Assembly (NCBI GenBank): GCA_963778655.1
Contig: CAVZVA010000009.1
Span: 1,088,001 to 1,152,000 of the forward strand
Length of the DNA stretch: 64,000 bases
Reading direction: 5' to 3'
DNA from: an uncultured delta proteobacterium
GTDB taxonomy: Bacteria; Myxococcota_A; Polyangia; Polyangiales; JAFGIB01
A program made the position numbers and the translations under genes. The number at the start of each line of letters is the position of its first letter. The first letter of the stretch is position 1. Below are positions 56,021-64,000 of this stretch, one piece after another. The notes under the pieces were generated by a model. It made no database searches and had not been told where the DNA came from. It saw only the letters and a program-made list of their open reading frames with translations.

Positions 56021-57220
56021 ATGCTACGAACAGCGCCTGTGGACGCCGCCTACCGCAGCGAGCTCAACCGCGACGTGGCGCCGGCCGAGCCCGGTGAGCT
56101 CAAGCCGCTGCAGCTCGGACCCCTGCGGGTGTGGCCGCCGGTGGTGCTCGCGCCGATGGCCGGCGTCACCAACTACCCGTTTCGGGCGCTGTGCCGCGAG
56201 CACGGCGCCGGGCTCTACGTCAGCGAGATGATCACCGCGCGCCCGCTGGTCGAGGGGCACGGCAAGACGCTGCGCCTCGCGGGCTTCGGGCCGGAGGAGA
56301 GCCCGCGCAGCCTGCAGCTCTACGGCGTCGATCCGTACTACGTCGGCGAGGCGGTCGCGCGCCTGGTGGGCGAGGGGCAGGTCGATCACGTCGACCTCAA
56401 CTTCGGTTGCCCGGTGCGCAAGGTGACGCGTCGTGGTGGCGGTGCCGCGATCCCGCTCAAGCCCCGGCTGCTGGCCGGGATCCTGCGCGCCGCCGTGCGC
56501 GCGGCGGGCTGCGTGCCGGTCACGATCAAGCTGCGCATGGGAATCGACGACGAGCACCTGACCTACCTGCGCTCGGGCGAGATCGCGGAGCAAGAAGGCG
56601 CGGCCGCCGTAGCGCTGCACGCGCGCACCGCGGCCCAGCTCTACGACGGGCACGCGCGCTGGGACGCGATCGCCGAGCTCAAGCGTCACGTGCGCGCCAT
56701 CCCCGTGCTGGGCAACGGCGACATCTGGGAGGCAGAGGACGCCCTGCGCATGCTGCGCAGCACCGGTTGCGACGGGGTGGTGGTGGGCCGTGGCTGCCTG
56801 GGAAGGCCGTGGCTGTTTCGCGATCTGGCCGCGGTGTGCGAGGGGCACGAGCCGCCCGATCCGCCGCGGCTGGGCGCCGTGGTCGACCTGATGCTGCGCC
56901 ACGCGCACAAGCTGGCCGCGTGGGCGGGCGAGGGTCCGGCGATGCGGGACTTCCGGCGCCAGGCCAGCTGGTACACCAAGGGCTTCCGCGGCAGCGCGCG
57001 CCAGCGCGGGCGTCTGATGCAGGTGTGCACGCTGGCCGAGCTGGAAGAGGTGCTGTGCGCGCTGGACCGCGAGGAGCCGTTTCCCGCCAGCTGCGTGCGG
57101 GTGCCGCGCGGCAAGACCGGCGGCACCCAGCGGGTGTCGCTGCCGGAGGGCTACCTCGAACAGCTCGACGACGCGACCCCGCCGCCGCCCGAGGCCGAGG
57201 ACGCCACCTCCGGTGGTTGA
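56021..57220 (+). CDS. dusB: tRNA-dihydrouridine synthase
   Basis: LAPMAGVT, VSEM, DLNFGCP, KLRMG, LHART, GNGDI and GRGCLGRPW. Start at 56021 or 56039. Confidence 0.92.
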   Translation: MLRTAPVDAAYRSELNRDVAPAEPGELKPLQLGPLRVWPPVVLAPMAGVTNYPFRALCREHGAGLYVSEMITARPLVEGHGKTLRLAGFGPEESPRSLQLYGVDPYYVGEAVARLVGEGQVDHVDLNFGCPVRKVTRRGGGAAIPLKPRLLAGILRAAVRAAGCVPVTIKLRMGIDDEHLTYLRSGEIAEQEGAAAVALHARTAAQLYDGHARWDAIAELKRHVRAIPVLGNGDIWEAEDALRMLRSTGCDGVVVGRGCLGRPWLFRDLAAVCEGHEPPDPPRLGAVVDLMLRHAHKLAAWAGEGPAMRDFRRQASWYTKGFRGSARQRGRLMQVCTLAELEEVLCALDREEPFPASCVRVPRGKTGGTQRVSLPEGYLEQLDDATPPPPEAEDATSGG

Positions 57221-57254
57221 CCAGGGCACGCGCTTCCGTTACACAGCAGCCACC

Positions 57255-57377
57255 ATGGCCTCCAACACGCAAGTCACCAAGAAGCGCCGCCGCCGCAAGC
57301 GCGCCTCCGTCGGGCGCGCCAAGAAGCGCGCGCGCGCCAAGACGGGCACGCCGAAGTTCCCGGTGCAGCCGGAGTAG
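57255..57377 (+). CDS. Small, highly basic 40-aa protein (not in ORF track)
   Basis: MASNTQVTKKRRRRKRASVGRAKKRARAKTGTPKFPVQPE. Almost all codons end in G/C, and the ORF fills the gap after dusB. Confidence 0.7.
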   Translation: MASNTQVTKKRRRRKRASVGRAKKRARAKTGTPKFPVQPE

Positions 57378-57434
57378 CCAGCGCCCCGTGCGCCCGTCGT
57401 CGTGAGGTGGTCGCGTTCTTGTCAGGCCCTGCGC

Positions 57435-59534
57435 CTACTGCGAGCACAGCACGCGCACGGTGATGCGCCGCAGCGCGGGTGAGTCGTGTCGATCGTTGGA
57501 GCGCAGGGTGGCTTCCACCTCGATCAGGCGCTGCTGCGGCAAGGGGCCCGGCGCGGCCGACAGGTCGAGCTCCTGGCCGTCCCACGGCCCGAGCCAGCTG
57601 GCGGCTGACAGCTCGGCCTGGCTGGCCGCCGTGCGCAGCCGGATCTGAATGCGCGCGCCCTGCGGGATGTCGGCGTCGACGCTGAGGTGCTCCCACTGCG
57701 AGGGCCCGTTCTCGCAGCCGTCGAGCACGCCGCGGATGAAGCCGCTCGGTGCCGCAATCCGCCGCAGGGCGAAGCCGGTGAAGTCGGAGTAGGTGTAGGG
57801 CAGATTGCCGGCGCCGAAGTGCTTGACCTCGCCGCTGTCGGTGTCGACGCGCGTGGCCGAGCCGCTCTGCTGATTGATCAGCCAAGCACGCTCCTGCGAG
57901 TCGAGCCCGACGCCGATCGAGCCCTGGCCGGGTAGCGGGTCATCGGGGGTGCCGAACACGCGCACGTCGCCGCCGTCGTCCGCGCGAAACACCGTCAGCC
58001 GCGTGATCGCGTCGCTGGCGTCGATGAAGCCGAAGGTCGAGCTGGTGTCGATGTGGACCCACTCGTGCGAGGCGGCCACGAAGATCTGGCCGCGGTCGTC
58101 GGCGGCGATCCCGCGCGTCACGCCCGAGTCCGGCAGGTGCACGCTGGTGAAGCGCCCCGAGCGCGGGTCGTAGCCAAAGGCGTAGGGGCAGGTGAAGCCC
58201 GCGATCCAGACCCGGCCCTCGGGATCGACCGCGATACCGTACGAGCTGGGGCAGCCGTCCTCGGGCGCGGGCGCTTCGATCGAGCGACCGACCTCGCCGG
58301 TGGTGGTGTCGACCGACAGGATGTGGCCCGTGAGCGACTCGACCAGCCACATGCGACCCTTGGCGTCCATGGCCGCGCCGTAGGGGTGGAAGCCGGGCAC
58401 GGCGAGCTCGCGCAGCACGTGGCCGTCGCTGGGGTCGAGCTGCACCACGCGGCTCTCGTGGTGCAAGCCGACCCATACGCTGCCGTCCTGCGCCACGGCG
58501 AGCGCGCGCGGTACCCCGTCGAAGGCGCCCACGTCGACCGTCCACAGCAGGCACTCGTCGCGCTGCCCCAGGAACTCGCCGTCGACGTAGTTGTCGATCT
58601 CGCCGTTGCCGTTGATGTCGTGCGAGGTCTCGATCGTGCCGTCGCCGTTGCGGTCGATGCAGTCCTGCTCGAAGCCGGCGATCTTGGTCACGGTGCCCTG
58701 CCGGCCGAACGCACGGTTGGCCACGTAGACCGCGCCCTGCAGGTCGACGCCGGTGCGCGAGGGACAGTTGCCCCCGGGATGCTGGTCGCCGAACAGCTGC
58801 TGGCATGCCTCGTCCGGCGGCTCGGCCCCGTTGTGGCCGTCGATCAGCACGCTGTCGTAGCGCGCGAGCTGCCGCCCGTCGCGGGTGTCGAGCCGCGTCA
58901 CCTTGCCCTCGACGAAGTTCGAGATCCAGGCGTCGAAGCGCTGGTGCGTCTCGCCGCTCAGCACCAGCGCCCCGCCCTCGCCGTCGACCGCAACCGAGTC
59001 GCTGTTGTCCGCGGTCGGCTGCCACTCGGCGCCCAGCTCCGGCAGGTGCAGCAGCCGGCAACCGGGCCGGCAGTCCCCGCACGCCGAGAGCAGGCCCTCG
59101 TCGGTCTCGCCGTCACAGTCGTCGTCCACCTGGTTGCAGCGCTCCTCGGCGCCAGGGTGCACGGCCGCGTTGCCGTCGTTGCAATCGCCGCGGCAAGCGT
59201 CGAAGCCGTCGCCGTCCCGGTCGCGCGGCTGGGCCTGGTGCACGCAGCGGTCGAGCGCGGTGTCGCAGCGGTCGAGCGTGCACTCGTCGTGGTCGTCGCA
59301 GCTCGGCGTGGTTCCCGGCAGGCAGCCGCCCGTGATCGGGTCACAGCGCTCGACACCGTCGCAGAACACGCCATCGTTGCAGCGCGCGCAGGGCTGCGCG
59401 CCCGCGTCGCCGGCTTGGGCCGCGCCGCCGCCGAGCAGATCGGCGCCCCGTGTCCGCGAGCACGTCGTCAGTGCGTACAGGGCCATCGCGGCCAGCAGCG
59501 CGCGAGGGCCAATCTGCTGCCACAAGCCAGCCAT
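57435..59534 (-). CDS. Secreted Cys-rich protein with a beta-propeller (Vgb/NHL-like) domain
   Basis: Signal ..ALTTC. DCND..EERCNQVDDDCDG. PSRTGVD..VYVANR, PRALAV, PYGAAMD and PYTYSDFTG. Confidence 0.75.
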   Translation of the reverse strand: MAGLWQQIGPRALLAAMALYALTTCSRTRGADLLGGGAAQAGDAGAQPCARCNDGVFCDGVERCDPITGGCLPGTTPSCDDHDECTLDRCDTALDRCVHQAQPRDRDGDGFDACRGDCNDGNAAVHPGAEERCNQVDDDCDGETDEGLLSACGDCRPGCRLLHLPELGAEWQPTADNSDSVAVDGEGGALVLSGETHQRFDAWISNFVEGKVTRLDTRDGRQLARYDSVLIDGHNGAEPPDEACQQLFGDQHPGGNCPSRTGVDLQGAVYVANRAFGRQGTVTKIAGFEQDCIDRNGDGTIETSHDINGNGEIDNYVDGEFLGQRDECLLWTVDVGAFDGVPRALAVAQDGSVWVGLHHESRVVQLDPSDGHVLRELAVPGFHPYGAAMDAKGRMWLVESLTGHILSVDTTTGEVGRSIEAPAPEDGCPSSYGIAVDPEGRVWIAGFTCPYAFGYDPRSGRFTSVHLPDSGVTRGIAADDRGQIFVAASHEWVHIDTSSTFGFIDASDAITRLTVFRADDGGDVRVFGTPDDPLPGQGSIGVGLDSQERAWLINQQSGSATRVDTDSGEVKHFGAGNLPYTYSDFTGFALRRIAAPSGFIRGVLDGCENGPSQWEHLSVDADIPQGARIQIRLRTAASQAELSAASWLGPWDGQELDLSAAPGPLPQQRLIEVEATLRSNDRHDSPALRRITVRVLCSQ

Positions 59535-59643
59535 CAGCCTCGGCTGTCACTGTAGGCCAGGATTCGCGCAGGCGAAACGCCGCGCCCCGCCCGCGGCCTC
59601 GGCGCAGGGCGCAGGCAGCGGCGAGTGAGCGCAGCGAGCCAAG

Positions 59644-59703
59644 CGGGAGGGTGGGTCCCGTCGGGCTTTGCCCAACGGGCGGGCGGGTCGCGTGACCCTC
59701 CCG
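59644..59703. repeat. Nested palindromic REP-like element / possible terminator
   Basis: Outer stem CGGGAGGGT...ACCCTCCCG and inner CCCGTCGGGC-TTT-GCCCAACGGG. Preceded by GCGAGTGAGCGCAGCGAGC. Confidence 0.55.
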
Positions 59704-59708
59704 ATAAC

Positions 59709-60830
59709 TCAATGCAGCGTGTAGCTGCGGCCCTCGTGGACGATCGTCGGCACGCCCGAGTCGCGCCGGCGCTGATCGCCCCACGCGTCGAGCACGTCGT
59801 CGGCGACGCTGCGTACCGGCGGGGGCGGCGCGGGCACGGCCGCCGGGGGGACCTCGATCGCGAGCAGCGGCGCTTCCTCGATCGCCCAGCGCTTCAACGT
59901 GATGCGCTGGCGCCGCCGCACTTGCACGTAACCGATCACGAGCAGCAGCGCGCCCGCCACCCACATCACCGTCAGCCCGCTGAGGATCGAAGGCCAACGC
60001 CCGAAGCGCTGCAGCAGTTGCGTGCGCCACTGCTGCTCCAGCTGCTCGATCGGCTGGTGGTACGCGGTCGAGACCACCTGCTCGAACGGCTTGCCCGCGC
60101 GCAGGCCCGCGATCAGGGCTGCAAAGCGCTCCGGACCCTGCCGCCCCTCGAGCATGTGCCCGACCAGATCGGCGGCCTCCGCGTAAGCCAGGTCCACCTG
60201 GTCGCGGTCGCTGGGAAAGCGCTGCGACAGCTCGCGCATCGGGATCAGATCGCCCCGCAGCGTGCCCTCCCACAGCGTGCGCACGCGCGACAGCGAATGC
60301 TCCCCGGCTTGGTGCATCGCCACCCCTTCGGAGAACCAGCGCGGCACGGGGTGCCCGTCGACCGCGCGCGAGAGCGCCACGTGCGACAGCTCGTGCACCA
60401 GCAGGTCGCGCATGTTCGGGCGCAGGAAGGTGCCCGGTTCGGCAAAGGTCAGCAGGATCAAGCCCTGCTCGGGAAAGGCGACCCCGCTGGCGTAGCCGGG
60501 CAGCCGCTGGCCTTTGGGCGCGAGCGCCTGCATCTGCTCGGGGTTGAGCGCCACGCGCACGTCGAGCTCGGGCGCGAGCGGCTGGCCGAGCTCACGGCCC
60601 AAGGCCTGCCAGGCCTTTTGCCGCGCCTGCTTGAGCTCCACGACTTCCGACTCCGCGCTGGTCGGATAGACCCAGCGCACCGCGCCCTCACGCTCGAGCG
60701 CGTAGCCGCCTGGCAGCGTGGACGGCAGCGGCGCGGGCTCTGCGCGAGCGGTCCCCGCGATCGCCACCAGCACCACCACGCCCAGCCACCCGAATCGCTC
60801 GAAGACACGCCTTGTCCAGGTGCTTCGCAT
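59709..60830 (-). CDS. Peptidase MA-like (gluzincin) zinc metalloprotease with C-terminal TM helix
   Basis: Signal peptide, HELSH, PRWFSEG, LAYAEA and a TM segment. ATG 60830. Confidence 0.85.
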   Translation of the reverse strand: MRSTWTRRVFERFGWLGVVVLVAIAGTARAEPAPLPSTLPGGYALEREGAVRWVYPTSAESEVVELKQARQKAWQALGRELGQPLAPELDVRVALNPEQMQALAPKGQRLPGYASGVAFPEQGLILLTFAEPGTFLRPNMRDLLVHELSHVALSRAVDGHPVPRWFSEGVAMHQAGEHSLSRVRTLWEGTLRGDLIPMRELSQRFPSDRDQVDLAYAEAADLVGHMLEGRQGPERFAALIAGLRAGKPFEQVVSTAYHQPIEQLEQQWRTQLLQRFGRWPSILSGLTVMWVAGALLLVIGYVQVRRRQRITLKRWAIEEAPLLAIEVPPAAVPAPPPPVRSVADDVLDAWGDQRRRDSGVPTIVHEGRSYTLH

Positions 60831-60932
60831 GGGCGTCTTCCAGCGTGTCCATGGTAGCACTCCGGCAGCCGGGTCGACAGCCGGAGCCCCGGGATTTCGT
60901 GCTAAGTTTGCCTACACTACCCGGCACGGACC

Positions 60933-61139
60933 ATGAGCTCGGGCTTTCTTCACGAATTCGTCGCGACCGGGGCGCGGCCCGCAGGGCCGCGGCTGCACGC
61001 GCGTCGTCGCTCGCGCCGGCGGCCGCTCGCAGGGCAGGGCACGCGCGCCGGCGGTCACGAGGCCTGGCGCTCCGACGCGGGCGCCGGGACCATCCGCGCC
61101 TGGGCGTTGGCGAACGTTTACGAGGACGACCTTTGCTGA
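60933..61139 (+). CDS. Possible small hypothetical protein coupled to plsC
   Basis: TACACT lies upstream. Its stop overlaps the probable TTG start of the next gene (TTGCTGA). Confidence 0.35.
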   Translation: MSSGFLHEFVATGARPAGPRLHARRRSRRRPLAGQGTRAGGHEAWRSDAGAGTIRAWALANVYEDDLC

Positions 61140-61879
61140 CGCTTCGCGGCTTCGTCAATTTGCTCTTCTTCGGAGTGTGGACCGCGTTCATGGTGACGGT
61201 CGCAGTCACGCTGGGCGTGCTGCGCCGCGACCCCAACCTGTTTCGCCGCATGCAGCTCGACTGGGCGCGCGGCCTGATCCGTTTCTGGGGCGTCGAGCTC
61301 GAGGTGCACGGTGCCGAGCACATGGACCCGAGCCGCAGCTACGTGGTGATGGCGAACCACTCGAGCTACGTGGACATCGTCGCGCTGTTTCTGGCGCTGC
61401 CGGTCATTCCGGGCTTTCTGGCCAAGCGCGAGCTGACGCGGGTGCCGTTCTTGGGCCAGGCGCTGCGCAGCGGCGGCCACGTGGTCGTCGACCGCGGCAA
61501 GCGTGCGCACGCCGTGCAGGCGATCGCAGAAGCGGCCGAGCAAGTGCGCGGCGGCAAGACCGTGCTGATCTTTCCCGAGGGCACGCGCGGGAGCTCGGAC
61601 ACCGTGGGTAGCTTCAAGAAGGGCGGCTTCTTCTTGGCCAAGGCCGCGGGCGTCGAGATCCTGCCGGTAGGCGTGCGCGGTAGCCGTGCGATCTTCCCGC
61701 GCGGCAGCCTGCTCGTGCGTCCGGGGCGAGTGCAGGTCTACATCGGTGAGCCGATTCCCGCCGCCGAGGTCGAGTCGCGCGAGGCCAACGAGATGGTCCC
61801 GCTGGTGCGCGCGAAGGTCATCGAGCTCAGCGGGATGCCGGCGCGCGAAGCCGACCGAGCGTCACCGCAACCAGCGTGA
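61133..61879 (+). CDS. plsC: 1-acyl-sn-glycerol-3-phosphate acyltransferase
   Basis: NHSSYVD, FLAKREL, FPEGTR and FKKGGF. Probable TTG start at 61133. Confidence 0.88.
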   Translation: MLTLRGFVNLLFFGVWTAFMVTVAVTLGVLRRDPNLFRRMQLDWARGLIRFWGVELEVHGAEHMDPSRSYVVMANHSSYVDIVALFLALPVIPGFLAKRELTRVPFLGQALRSGGHVVVDRGKRAHAVQAIAEAAEQVRGGKTVLIFPEGTRGSSDTVGSFKKGGFFLAKAAGVEILPVGVRGSRAIFPRGSLLVRPGRVQVYIGEPIPAAEVESREANEMVPLVRAKVIELSGMPAREADRASPQPA

Positions 61880-62660
61880 GGCCGCAGGCGGGCGCGGTCA
61901 TGCCGGCGGCGCGGCGGTGGCCCGACGGCGACAGCAGCCGCGCGACGTCGTCGGGCGTGAGCCGGCCGCGGCCGACGTCGATCAAGGTGCCGGCGATGAT
62001 GCGCACCATGTTCAACATGAAGGCGTTGCCCACCACCTGCAGCGCGAGCAAGTCCGTCCGTCCGCCATAGCCCTGCGTGAGCTCGACCCGCTCGAGCGTG
62101 CGCCGCGTATCGACGCGGCTGTCGGCGGCGGAGCGGAAGGCGCGAAAGTCGTGCGCGCCACAGAGCCGCTCGCAGGCTTCGCGCATCGCTTGGAGGTCCA
62201 GCACGGCGGGACCGAAGACCGCGCCGGCGTGCTCGGGCGCTGCATGACGTACGTGGCGGCCCAGGTGCCACACCCGATCGTGCAGCAGCGCATCGCGCGT
62301 GGCCCCCAGGTGAAACAAGTAGCGGTAGGTCTTGTCGCGCGCGTCGAAGCGCGGCTCGTAGTCCGGGTCGCAGGGCTCGGCGTTGCGTACCGAGACGTCG
62401 TCGGGCAGGTAGCGGTTGAGCGCCAGTACCCAGCGCCGCGGGCTCAGCTCGCGCTCGCCGGCGAAGACCGCCACCTGGCCTTCGGCGTGGACGCCGGAAT
62501 CGGTGCGCGAGGCGCCCCGCACCGCGACCTCGTGCTGGCAGATGCGCTGCGCGGCGGCCGCGAGCACGCCCTGGACCGTGCGTTGGCCCGGCTGCGCCTG
62601 GAAGCCGGCGAAGCCGCTGCCGTCGTACGCGAGCGTCAGCCGGATGCCGTGCAGAGCCAC
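61827..62660 (-). CDS. truA: tRNA pseudouridine(38-40) synthase
   Basis: AYDGSGFAGFQ, ASRTDSGVHAEGQ, HDFRAF, FMLNMVR and TAPACGL. Confidence 0.95.
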   Translation of the reverse strand: MALHGIRLTLAYDGSGFAGFQAQPGQRTVQGVLAAAAQRICQHEVAVRGASRTDSGVHAEGQVAVFAGERELSPRRWVLALNRYLPDDVSVRNAEPCDPDYEPRFDARDKTYRYLFHLGATRDALLHDRVWHLGRHVRHAAPEHAGAVFGPAVLDLQAMREACERLCGAHDFRAFRSAADSRVDTRRTLERVELTQGYGGRTDLLALQVVGNAFMLNMVRIIAGTLIDVGRGRLTPDDVARLLSPSGHRRAAGMTAPACGLTLVAVTLGRLRAPASR

Positions 62661-62661
62661 G

Positions 62662-63429
62662 CTAAAATATGAAGCCGAGGCCCGCGGTCCAGGCGGTGGC
62701 CCCGATCGGCAGCGAGCGCGCGCTGGGCTTGAAGCCGAACAGCTCGAAGAACAGGAACGAGTGGTTGATGCCCCACTCCTCGTCCATGCCCCGGGCGGCC
62801 TTACGGTCGAAGGTGTCCAGGTCGAGCGCGACCTGGGCGGCCCAGCGCAGTCCCACGCTCCAGCCGGTGGTGGCCTTGGCGCTGCCGTCCTGCGCGCTCC
62901 AGTGCGCCCACTGGTAGCCGATCTTGCCCGTGAACACGAACGGCACCGACAGCTTGCGCGCGAGCGCGTCGACGCGCAGCACCGCCATTAGATCGAGCGG
63001 CATGAGCCCGAAGGTGGTCTTCTCGGCCGTGGCCACGCCGCTGGCGTCGATGGTGTGCCCCGAGTAGCTCGCGGTGCCGATGCCGGCGCCTCCGCTGAGG
63101 TAGAGCAGGTCCTTCAAACGGTAGCCGATCACGTCCAGCTCGACCGCGAGCAGCGGGCCGTCGTCGCTGCCGAAGAAGGTGTCGAAGGCGTTGTTGCCGC
63201 CGCCCATGTGCGGGTGGTAGGGGCCAATGCGCAGCTCCAGCGCGAAGCGCTCGGGCGAGCTGAAATCGGTCCGGGGCGGCTCGTCGTACATCTGCGCGGC
63301 CGCCCGGCGCGGCAGCAGCAGCGCGGTGAGCAGACAGCCGAGCGCGAGCGCGGCCCAGCCGAGCCGCAGCGGCTCGCGCAGCGCCGGCGCACGCAACGGC
63401 CCAATTCGGCTCGCCGAGATCGGTCTCAC
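62662..63429 (-). CDS. MXAN_2562-family-like outer membrane beta-barrel protein
   Basis: The GTG overlaps the upstream stop. Signal ..AAAQ, FALELRIGPYHP, amphipathic strands, and terminal WTAGLGFIF (C-terminal Phe). Confidence 0.75.
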   Translation of the reverse strand: MRPISASRIGPLRAPALREPLRLGWAALALGCLLTALLLPRRAAAQMYDEPPRTDFSSPERFALELRIGPYHPHMGGGNNAFDTFFGSDDGPLLAVELDVIGYRLKDLLYLSGGAGIGTASYSGHTIDASGVATAEKTTFGLMPLDLMAVLRVDALARKLSVPFVFTGKIGYQWAHWSAQDGSAKATTGWSVGLRWAAQVALDLDTFDRKAARGMDEEWGINHSFLFFELFGFKPSARSLPIGATAWTAGLGFIF

Positions 63430-64000
63430 GAGCGCCTCCGGCGTCGCCGCGAGAGGCCGAGCATCCACACCGCAAGCGCGACCGGCCACGCGCTCGTCAG
63501 GTCGGCCGGTCCCATCGCGCTGCACGGGCAGCCGGCCTTGGCCGTGCCGCCGTTGGCGCGGTACTGGTCCAGAAAGCCCGAGGTCTGCACGAACTGCACG
63601 CACGACAGGTTCGACAGCGCCCCTTGGTTGCCTGCGAGGTCCACCGCGGCCACGGCGATGGTGGCCTCCGTGGCGCCGCCCAGGTCCGAGGGCTTGAGGC
63701 TCGTGCCGGTCGCGGTCGGCTCGTCGATCATCTTGACGCGCACGCCGTTCGGCACGTTCTCCGCGGTCTCGCCGCCCATCAGCTGGGTAGGGCCGCACGC
63801 GCCGCTGCTGTCGCCCGCCGTGCCGCCGTCGCCCACCGACACGCGCGTGCCGGCGTCCGTGCCGGCATCAGTGCCGCCATCGCCCGCGCCGCCTGCGTCC
63901 CCGGCGTCCGCGTTACCGGCGTCCGCGCCACCCGAACCGCTGCCGGCGCCGCCCGTATCCAGTGGGGGCGCAGCCATGCCGCTGGTGTCGATGAACACCA
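63426..64000 (-). CDS. MXAN_2561-like secreted protein with MYXO-CTERM tail, 5'-truncated by window edge
   Basis: AVAAVDLAGNQGALSN (FN3-like end), FLDQYRANGG, and GCPCS followed by a hydrophobic helix and RRRRR. Confidence 0.7.
   Translation of the reverse strand, partial: VFIDTSGMAAPPLDTGGAGSGSGGADAGNADAGDAGGAGDGGTDAGTDAGTRVSVGDGGTAGDSSGACGPTQLMGGETAENVPNGVRVKMIDEPTATGTSLKPSDLGGATEATIAVAAVDLAGNQGALSNLSCVQFVQTSGFLDQYRANGGTAKAGCPCSAMGPADLTSAWPVALAVWMLGLSRRRRRRS

Overview
A very GC-rich bacterial chromosome segment, most likely from Myxococcota. The lineage call rests on MYXO-CTERM-like tails, Cys-rich lipoproteins, an AgmK-like giant TPR protein and an MXAN_2561/2562-like gene pair. About 48 genes can be supported. 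Housekeeping genes include a divergent ligD/ku NHEJ pair, pdxJ, ilvB/ilvN, apaG, panB/panC, ftsE-ftsX-envC, an M18 aminopeptidase, dusB, plsC and truA, interspersed with many secreted Cys-rich proteins. No rRNA, tRNA, CRISPR array or intact transposase was seen. The best candidate for an undescribed system is a five-gene membrane-lipid cluster at 28.3-33.0 kb: GtrA, a PIP-synthase-like CDP-alcohol transferase, a membrane-bound CX5R phosphatase, an Aur1/IPC-synthase-like PAP2 enzyme fused to TPRs, and a flippase-like protein. It parallels the Bacteroides inositol-sphingolipid locus but uses a different phosphatase class. Other signals are two tiny, very basic ORFs missed by the ORF track, a ~196-bp MITE-like element in two diverged copies with conserved hairpins, two REP-like repeat families, a 31-bp palindromic ligD/ku intergenic region with window-wide signs of leaderless genes, a lipoprotein with two putative Cys-His catalytic domains, a collapsed LLM-oxidoreductase pseudogene, and a 1-nt frameshift at the end of the giant TPR gene. 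All calls come from manual motif recognition; no database searches were run.
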